A stretch of DNA of 64,000 nucleotides from Phycisphaerales bacterium. Lineage in GTDB: Bacteria > Planctomycetota > Phycisphaerae > UBA1845. The notes beneath the pieces were generated by a model. The model did no database searches, had not been told where the DNA came from, and worked only from the letters and a program-made list of their open reading frames with translations. Location of the stretch: assembly GCA_020344555.1 (NCBI GenBank), contig CP070827.1:4191419-4255418 (forward strand), written 5' to 3'. The translations under genes were made by a program, and so were the position numbers. Positions 54,537 through 62,037 of the stretch are shown here, in pieces. How positions within the stretch are numbered: the first letter of the stretch is position 1; the number at the start of each line of letters is the position of its first letter.

Positions 54537-55286
54537 TTAATCAATGGCATCATAGAAGAGATGTGCCACCGCTTCGTTGCCTGACGTACTGAGATGATTG
54601 CAGTTGAAATAGTTCGCCGGGTCCTCTTGCAGTACGTCTGCGCCGGCCTCCACATCGACGACAGTCGCCCCCCGGTTCACCGCGGCACTCCGTATGTGCT
54701 CGTTCAACATCATCACGTATGAATTCGCATTCTGCGCCTGCGAGGGGAATATTATGTCGAGCGGCAGCGCATCACACTCTGTAAGATGTGGGGCCAGGGG
54801 GAAATAGGTCGCAATATACACGGCGAGACCCGCATCCGCCGCAGAGCTGATGGCTTGTTCAATGGTCGTCTGAGCTTCGGTCAAGACTTCCTCCAACTCC
54901 TCAGCATACCGGTAGGCAGGATCGTCAGCGGAGAAGAGTAGAAACGGGTCGTGGTCCTCGATGAACTCAACGATCGTTTTACCACCCTCCCAATAGAGCA
55001 GCACACGCGCATTGGGATAAATCCGTTCCGACAGCAGCAAGCCCAGGCGCACCAGGCCCTCCTCGGCGGACTCGCCGCTTTTCCCTTCGTTGGCGAAAGC
55101 CTCGACGGGTTCGGCCAAGAGCTCCCTCAGAATGTCGGGATAATCCCGCTCCGCCGGTCCCGCAGTTGTCGAGTCACCAAACGCGATGTAATGAACGGCC
55201 GGGTCGGGCATCCGCATGATCATCTGAGTGCCACATCCTGACACGCCCAGAACAAGCCAACCACTTACGAGAACGCGGGGCCACAC
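54537..55286 (-). CDS. SGNH/GDSL-family hydrolase, probable lipoprotein (maximal ORF extends to 55451)
   Basis: GTG at 55286 gives MWPRVLVSGWLVLGVSGC, a lipobox. Also present are FGDSTT, a GGKT/N block and a C-terminal NCNHLS (DxxH-like). Confidence 0.75.
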   Translation of the reverse strand: MWPRVLVSGWLVLGVSGCGTQMIMRMPDPAVHYIAFGDSTTAGPAERDYPDILRELLAEPVEAFANEGKSGESAEEGLVRLGLLLSERIYPNARVLLYWEGGKTIVEFIEDHDPFLLFSADDPAYRYAEELEEVLTEAQTTIEQAISSAADAGLAVYIATYFPLAPHLTECDALPLDIIFPSQAQNANSYVMMLNEHIRSAAVNRGATVVDVEAGADVLQEDPANYFNCNHLSTSGNEAVAHLFYDAID

Positions 55287-55852
55287 CGGCAATCGCCCGT
55301 GGCGGGATGATCCGGGTGGTCGGCAGAGTACGTGCGACAACCGGCCCGATGTGCGACTCTTGATGTACTGGACCACTGACGACTCCTTTCTCTCAGGCAT
55401 CGCTGCAACCTGGAGCACCACCATGACGACCTCGCGGATCAAGCTCGTCAACGCTCGTTGAAAGCCTCGGCATTCTCCCGGCCGTCATTATCGTTTTTAA
55501 TCCTGGGGCGTCACGTTCCGTGAGCGTTCAAGAATCCTGCGACCCATCGGTGGTATAGATTCCGCCCACGAGTGAGAATTGCTGATCGTCGCGGCCCGGG
55601 TCAGCCCACGGCAAGAAGCGTTTAGCGCCCTTCGGCCGTGTCGCACCTGACGGTCACGTGGGATGGCGTGAGCCCGCCCATCGAAGCCCATCTCGGCCCC
55701 GACGAGGGGAGAGGCGAATCCACTTCTTTGGGGGCGCCCCGAACAGCAACATCAGCCTGCTTTGCGAGAATCATTCCCACGACCCAGGTGCCCCGTAAGG
55801 TATTGTGAGAAGCGGATTTACGAGATATCGACAGTAAGACCCCGGGTCTTGC

Positions 55853-55881
55853 TTGCGTTGCGACGCAACGTGAGGTAAACT
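55853..55881 (+). promoter_or_regulatory. Candidate promoter TTGCGT-N17-TAAACT with a 15-nt palindrome in the spacer
   Basis: CGTTGCG-A-CGCAACG lies at 55856-55870, about 160 nt upstream of ATG 56044. Confidence 0.35.
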
Positions 55882-56043
55882 GGTACACTCGTTGGACGGG
55901 CCGGAGAGGGTGAGCGGTTCGCTCTGACGTGCGCTGTCAGCACTCAGCGCGGGCATTTCGGACGGCGAGGAAAGAGATGCGCTCGACGGGCATAATCCTG
56001 AGCGCTTCGGACGACAGGTCGTTTCCCAGGGGAGGTACACACC

Positions 56044-58482
56044 ATGAAAGCTCAAAGTAGGTATGCGCAGTCGGTATGGCATGTTCTGGCGGGCACCGTT
56101 CTCGTCACGGTGGCTACAAGTGCACAGGGGCAGGTGCGAGCCGATACGGAGCCGGCAACATCCGTTGACGAGAAGGTGCCAAAACAGCGAGTGGCGGATG
56201 TCCAGCCGCGAGTTACGCAGACCGGCTTGGCGCCGGCCCGTGTTGACAGGGGGTTTCTGCTCTTTGATGCGGCTGAGGCCGAGATTGACCCGGCGGAGCT
56301 TCCCGTTGAGACGGTTGAGGTCCTTGATGACGCGACGATTGCCAGAGGAAGGAGTCGCGGCCTCCCGGTCCCACAGACTCCTGTGTACCTTCAGCTCGAT
56401 AGCTGCGGCCGCGGCCACTACTTCAACAACGATTACACGTATGGCTTGGGGACCTGGTTTGCCCAGGCGAGGTTCAGGTGTCCACCTGGTTTTCCTCTCT
56501 GCCGGGACCACGGCTGGCAGCCCGGGGGTCAGATCACAGCGTATGAGGTGTCCAAATTCCACTGTAGCAGTTCGTCCGCCAACGACTGCAGCGTAACGGT
56601 CGAGCTGTGGGACGGTGATCCGTTGGGGATTATGGACACCGTATGCAATCCCACACCGAGTCCGATCGCCGGCACCAAGACGACCTTCAGCGGTCTGAGC
56701 AGGGATGAGCTTCACAATCTGAGAGCCCACCTTCCAACCCCGGTGACATGCAACTGTGATCGGGTCTGGATTGCCGTGTCGATGATTGAAGGTTGTCGTG
56801 GTTCCTGGCTGCTTGGCGGCTGGCCACCATATTACTGTGGTGAGGACGCGGCCGACATCGGTTGGGGCGACGGATATGGCGCCAACTGGGGCTGCCAGGC
56901 GTACGGTTATTGCGCCACGCCGTCTTACTACAACTCCGGCTTCTGCTGCACCACTGGAGAGGCGTGTGACTATACGGACAGCGACCCGAACAACTGGACC
57001 GGTGATTGTCAAGAAGGCGGAGCCTGGCCGCCAGACTGCCCAGACCACTGCTGGGGCTTCTTCACGCACCCGACGTTCTGCAGTGACGGGCTAGCCGATA
57101 ACTACTTCTACGCGTACGACCTCGCGCCGTATGGTTACTACTACGCCCAGCCCGGTGCGGTTTACGCCGCGGCCGACAAGTACATCGCCCTAGTGCCGGT
57201 CAGCGCGGATGCCCCTCCGGATCAGAATCTCACGCCGAACGGTTGGCGCATCTCGGGCAACGAGATCATTCTCGCAGATCCCGGTCGGCCGGTTTGGCTG
57301 GAGCTTCGCGTGGGTGACTGGGATCCGGACGGAACCGGGACCACGCTGAAGGCTTGGCAAGCGTACGTTGAGACCTCCGGATTCTCAAGCGGGTCGGAAG
57401 GTGCGCTTATGCTCCCCGAGGTATGGTGCACAACCGACGCCCCCTGCGAATCGGCCTTTGGACGCGGGTCAAGCTGCGGCTGCCCGGGCTGGCAGCCGTA
57501 CACCTGCTGCCCGGCATTCATCGACCGCAGTAGAACCGACTACATCTTTAGCAGCGTGGCGGCTACCGGAAACACCTGCTTCTGGGAGGATTCTGTCTGC
57601 TACGGCGGCACTTTGCTCAGTGGGGACGGTATTCCCAGCCCAGGTTACGAGACGTACGGCGGTACGCTGGCGCTCGAGGTCCCGCCATCCGCGAGGGGTA
57701 GGTTCACGATCAACTTCTCGCCCTACCCCAGTCTCCTGATTGACGGTGAAGGCGCGCTTATACCGTTGGTCGGCTTCATACCGGCGAAGATCACCATCGG
57801 CGGTTCACTCGTCGATCCGCTGGTTCCGAAGAACCGGTACCTTTCGTTCGCGCCTGGTGCACCGGGCACAGAGACCGCGTTGCGGGTGACCTTCAAGGAT
57901 TTGCCCGCTCCGTACGACACCTGGAACGGCACGAGCATGTGGGCGGCCCCGCCGGTTGAGTACTGCGAGAACTCCGGACAGGCTACCCCGCCTGCGCAAG
58001 GGTGCGGGCCGGCGCCCGGCCATTGGCCAACCTATTGGGCCTCTACGCTGCAATGTGACCCGCACTACAGGTACTGGAGCACGCTGGGAGTCGTTCACAT
58101 GTTCCATGAGGGTATCATCCCGGGCGCAACCTATGAGATCCAGTCAATCGAGACGGGGCATGACATCTCCGTTGAAGATAACTTTTCCGCACCGGTGGAG
58201 ATTCGCACGAGCATCTGGGGTGACGTGGTGAGGGATTGCGCGACGTATCCGTGTTCCCCGCCGGATGGAAGCGTGGATGTGCCCACCGACATCACCGCGC
58301 TGGTCGACAAGTACCGGAATGTGTGGGGTGCGGTCATGCAGACGAGGGCCGACCTGGTCCACTTCTCCGGAGCCCCTGGTCCGGACCAGAGAACGTTTAT
58401 CATCGACGTAACCCACGCTCTCGATGCGTTCCGGGGCTTCGCGTACCCGTTCTCTCCCGGTCTGCCGCCCTGCTTGCCGTAG
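56044..58482 (+). CDS. Secreted Cys/Trp/Tyr-rich protein carrying the shared C-terminal module
   Basis: GGAGG sits 8 nt before the ATG. The signal peptide reads VLAGTVLVTVATSAQG. The last 215 aa align with the tails of 2648..7444 and the pseudogene. Confidence 0.85.
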   Translation: MKAQSRYAQSVWHVLAGTVLVTVATSAQGQVRADTEPATSVDEKVPKQRVADVQPRVTQTGLAPARVDRGFLLFDAAEAEIDPAELPVETVEVLDDATIARGRSRGLPVPQTPVYLQLDSCGRGHYFNNDYTYGLGTWFAQARFRCPPGFPLCRDHGWQPGGQITAYEVSKFHCSSSSANDCSVTVELWDGDPLGIMDTVCNPTPSPIAGTKTTFSGLSRDELHNLRAHLPTPVTCNCDRVWIAVSMIEGCRGSWLLGGWPPYYCGEDAADIGWGDGYGANWGCQAYGYCATPSYYNSGFCCTTGEACDYTDSDPNNWTGDCQEGGAWPPDCPDHCWGFFTHPTFCSDGLADNYFYAYDLAPYGYYYAQPGAVYAAADKYIALVPVSADAPPDQNLTPNGWRISGNEIILADPGRPVWLELRVGDWDPDGTGTTLKAWQAYVETSGFSSGSEGALMLPEVWCTTDAPCESAFGRGSSCGCPGWQPYTCCPAFIDRSRTDYIFSSVAATGNTCFWEDSVCYGGTLLSGDGIPSPGYETYGGTLALEVPPSARGRFTINFSPYPSLLIDGEGALIPLVGFIPAKITIGGSLVDPLVPKNRYLSFAPGAPGTETALRVTFKDLPAPYDTWNGTSMWAAPPVEYCENSGQATPPAQGCGPAPGHWPTYWASTLQCDPHYRYWSTLGVVHMFHEGIIPGATYEIQSIETGHDISVEDNFSAPVEIRTSIWGDVVRDCATYPCSPPDGSVDVPTDITALVDKYRNVWGAVMQTRADLVHFSGAPGPDQRTFIIDVTHALDAFRGFAYPFSPGLPPCLP

Positions 58483-59185
58483 CGCTCCTGTCGCTCACGT
58501 GCGGGCCGCGTTTATACACAACCTGTAGATCTCAGCGCGGTGGGCGCCGACGGTTCAGCACCCTTCTGAATAATGTAGCGTCACCCCTTGTAGGTGACGA
58601 AAATCGCCGTATAGCGCCCCACCCGCGAGATCATGACATATGTCCCAGAGCTTGCTGGTACACATGTCAAGATGATTGGGGTGGCGCTACACTTGGGCGG
58701 CTGGAAACCACTTCTTCAACAGGCTGTTAGGACCGCGGGCAATGCCAGTCACGGCGATCGCGGCTCTTTGCCCAGGGAGCAAATCCAGTGGCACGGGATT
58801 TCTGCCAGTCTGCTGGACGGCGGCGGGTATCATGCACCAGACGACGATGAGATTCGTTTCCGGTGTATCCGTTGGGAGTACTGTGCTTACTTTTTGCTTT
58901 TTTGTCTTGCATATGCGCGAAAAGGAACTATACTTCCAGGCTGCTCCCGATGACTGACGGGCGGAGAGGAGAGGGATTAGGCTGGCGGCGGGCACACGAG
59001 CACCTGTGCCCCGCTGGACCCGCTTGGAGGGGCGCGGTGCCTGCTCTTGCGTCACAGCGCAGCGATAGAGGCCGACACACGTTCAGGGTCTCCCTACACA
59101 AAAACGAGTCTACCGGTGTGCATGTTTCGGCTGACGGTGTGGCATGGGCTAGCGTGGGTATGTGTTTAGCGACATCAACCGTCCG

Positions 59186-59277
59186 CCCTGCAAGGGGGGA
59201 CTACAGGGGGGTCTCAGGTTGGTCGCCAACACGGGACTCCACAAGGCCAACCCTCCCCCAACCCCTCCCTGCAAGGG
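59186..59277. repeat. Pair of CCCTGCAAGGG mini-hairpin motifs (REP-like)
   Basis: The 11-mer occurs identically at 59186-59196 and 59267-59277, each with G-rich and C-rich flanks. Confidence 0.4.
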
Positions 59278-59433
59278 TGGGGGGTCCAGGTACCCACGCT
59301 AAGCACGTACGAGACCCACCCTACGACGTGTCAACGATTTTGTTCATGGTACCGACCTTCCGGTCGTTCGAGTGACGTTTCCGTATTTGGCATAACTGTG
59401 TTTCGTGGTTCCTTTCAATAAGGAGGTACAGAG

Positions 59434-62037
59434 ATGAGAGCGACAATTCTCTCAGACATGGGTCTTGCTGCAATCCTGCTGATGTACACAGGCGCAGCGA
59501 GCGGGCAGCCGCACCCGACGGGTACGGCATTCACTTACCAGGGGCAGCTCGAAGACGGCGGCGCCCCGGCCAACGGGCAGTACGACTTTGAGTTCAAGTT
59601 ATGTGACGACCCGGCGGCCCCATGCCAGGTGGCAGCGACCACCGTGGTGGACTACGTGGACGACCACCAGGTTGATGACGGCCTGTTCACGGTCGAAATC
59701 GACTTCGGCAGCGATGTCTTCAACGGCCAGGCTCGCTGGTTAGAGCTTGGTGTGCGCCCGGGGGCAACCGTCGATCCCTACACAATTCTGAGTCCGCGTC
59801 AGGAGCTAACACCCACCCCGCACGCCCTGACCCTCCCCGGCCTGTGGATCCAGCAGAACGCCGTCACCGAGGCCCCCAACCTGATCGGCGGATACGCTGG
59901 CAACGAAGTGACGGCAGGCGCGATCGCCGCGACGATCAGCGGCGGCGGAAGCGAGACGGATCCCAACCACGTCTATGACGACTACGGGACGGTGGCCGGG
60001 GGCGGAAACAACCGGGCGGGGAGCGACGACGCGAACTCAACCACGGCAACGTATGCCACCGTCAGCGGTGGAAGGAGCAACACCGCCAGCGGGTGGTACT
60101 CCACCATAAGCGGAGGACAGGCGAATCAAGTGACCGCCGAGTACGGGACCATCGCCGGGGGCCGATTGAACGAAGCCATCTCCGTCTACGCCACGGTCGG
60201 CGGGGGCCGTGGAAATTCGGCTCAGGCCCAGGCCGACCACGCCACAATTGCCGGAGGGTTGAACAATCTTGCGTACGACCCGACAGCTACCGTAGCCGGA
60301 GGCAACAGCAACATCGCCGGAACCGACAACGGCAACCCGGATGACGCAAAGCACGCCACCGTCGGTGGCGGCTTGATGAACCGTGCCGAGGCCTTCGCCG
60401 CCACCGTCGGGGGCGGGTGGAATAACAAAGCCGACGGCAACGACGCCACCGTCGGCGGCGGGAAGGGCAACACCGCAAGTGGGTTCTCTTCGACCGTCCC
60501 TGGGGGGCTGGAGAACACCGCCGGTGCCCTGTTCGCCTTCGCCGCCGGGCGGCGGGCCAAGGCCAATCACATGGGTACCTTTGTGTGGGCTGATTCCGAC
60601 GACAATGACTTTGCCTCCACCTCCGCCAACACATTCCTCGTCCGTGCCTCCGGTGGTGTCGGCATCGGGACGAACAACCCGACCGAGCAACTCGACGTAG
60701 CCGGCAACATCCACGCCAGCGGGACAATCACCAGCGGCAGCTCAATCACCATCGACGGGACAGCGGGCAGTGAGAAGATCACCTCCACCGCGGACCTGGA
60801 ACTGCACGTCAGTAGTGGTCGGGCGCTGCGCCTGGAGCTCGACCCCACCAGCCCCAACTTCATCGGCGGGTACGGCGGGAACAGCGTCACCACTGGCGTC
60901 AAGGGCGCAACCATCGGTGGTGGCGGAGAGAACGGGTTTGTCAACAGCGTCACGGACGACTACGGCACTGTCGGCGGCGGTCGTAACAACCAAGCAGCGG
61001 CCTACGCCACCACGGTCGGCGGGGGGTACGACAACGATGCTAGCGCGGATTACTCCACCGTCGGCGGGGGGAAGAGCAACAGCGCCAGCGGGTGGGCGGG
61101 GTCCACCGTCGGCGGGGGGTACTACAACAACCCTACCGGGGATTACTCCACCGTCGGCGGGGGGTTCTACAACACACCGAGCGGGGCTTACTCCACCGTC
61201 GGCGGGGGGGAATCCAACGCCAACGACCCGAGCGGGGATTACTCCACCGTCGGCGGGGGGGGCTACAACGACCCTAGCGGGTATTCCTCTACCGTCGGCG
61301 GGGGCATGAGCAACGAGGCCGCGGGCGATTATTCCACTGTCCCCGGTGGTCACCACAACAAAGCCAACGGCAACTACAGCTTCGCGGCCGGGCGGCGGGC
61401 GAAGGTTCGCTCCGCAGCCGAGGTGGGCGGCGGTGACATCGACGGCGACGAGGGCACATTCGTGTGGGCCGACAGCACCAACGTCGTTTTCCCCTCGACC
61501 GGGCCGGATCAATTCCTGGTCCGGGCGTCCGGCGGAATGTGGTTGGGAACCACCAGCAGCCCGTCTATTCCCGCCGGACGGTTCATCAATACATCAACCG
61601 GGGGGTACCTGACCAGCGGGGGCATCTGGACCGACAGCTCGGATCGGGCCCAAAAGGACGGGCTGGCTGCCATTGACGCGCGCGACATACTCAAGCGTGT
61701 GAGCACCCTGCCGATCAGCACATGGCGCCACAAGGCGGAAGAGCCTTCCGTCCGCCACATGGGGGCGATGGCACAGGACTTCTATGCGGCCTTCGGGTTG
61801 GGCAGCGACGAACGTCACATCGCGGCGCTGGACACGGGTGGGGTTGCCCTGGCGGCGATTCAGGGCCTGCACGACATCGTTAACGAGAAGGAGTGCGAGA
61901 TTGAAATGCTCCGCGCTGAGAAGGACGCGGAGATCGAAGCTTTGGAGAAACGCAACGGGGAGCTGGGTGCGCGCCTGGCCGCCTTGGAACGAATTGTGGA
62001 TAGACTCGCGCAGAAACACGAAGGAGGTGTACGATGA
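59434..62037 (+). CDS. Secreted fibre protein. Parts in order: N-terminal FTYQGQL module, YadA-head-like GG..N.A.G.YSTVGGG repeats, C-terminal S74 intramolecular-chaperone (tail-fibre/endosialidase type) domain, coiled coil.
   Basis: AAGGAGG lies before the ATG. SSDRAQKDGLAAID...WRHK...HMGAMAQDFYAAFGLG matches the S74 chaperone pattern. Confidence 0.85.
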   Translation: MRATILSDMGLAAILLMYTGAASGQPHPTGTAFTYQGQLEDGGAPANGQYDFEFKLCDDPAAPCQVAATTVVDYVDDHQVDDGLFTVEIDFGSDVFNGQARWLELGVRPGATVDPYTILSPRQELTPTPHALTLPGLWIQQNAVTEAPNLIGGYAGNEVTAGAIAATISGGGSETDPNHVYDDYGTVAGGGNNRAGSDDANSTTATYATVSGGRSNTASGWYSTISGGQANQVTAEYGTIAGGRLNEAISVYATVGGGRGNSAQAQADHATIAGGLNNLAYDPTATVAGGNSNIAGTDNGNPDDAKHATVGGGLMNRAEAFAATVGGGWNNKADGNDATVGGGKGNTASGFSSTVPGGLENTAGALFAFAAGRRAKANHMGTFVWADSDDNDFASTSANTFLVRASGGVGIGTNNPTEQLDVAGNIHASGTITSGSSITIDGTAGSEKITSTADLELHVSSGRALRLELDPTSPNFIGGYGGNSVTTGVKGATIGGGGENGFVNSVTDDYGTVGGGRNNQAAAYATTVGGGYDNDASADYSTVGGGKSNSASGWAGSTVGGGYYNNPTGDYSTVGGGFYNTPSGAYSTVGGGESNANDPSGDYSTVGGGGYNDPSGYSSTVGGGMSNEAAGDYSTVPGGHHNKANGNYSFAAGRRAKVRSAAEVGGGDIDGDEGTFVWADSTNVVFPSTGPDQFLVRASGGMWLGTTSSPSIPAGRFINTSTGGYLTSGGIWTDSSDRAQKDGLAAIDARDILKRVSTLPISTWRHKAEEPSVRHMGAMAQDFYAAFGLGSDERHIAALDTGGVALAAIQGLHDIVNEKECEIEMLRAEKDAEIEALEKRNGELGARLAALERIVDRLAQKHEGGVR
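61020..61300 (+). repeat. In-frame 42-51 nt tandem coding repeats with G6-G8 homopolymer runs
   Basis: GA(T)TACTCCACCGTCGGCGGGGGG recurs near 61048, 61141, 61186 and 61237. The G8 run is at 61255-61262. Confidence 0.8.

Noticed and set aside
55771-57069. 432-aa minus-strand ORF; also 60742..61512 and 62052..63368 on the minus strand
   Set aside because: These are antisense to the secreted-protein and fibre genes, which have RBSs, signal peptides and paralog support.
58600-59060. IS630-like transposase fragment in a minus-strand frame (..LIVVWCMIPAAVQQTGRNPVPLD..)
   Set aside because: The resemblance to the DDE region is too weak. There is no DE motif and no inverted repeats, so I could not align it convincingly.
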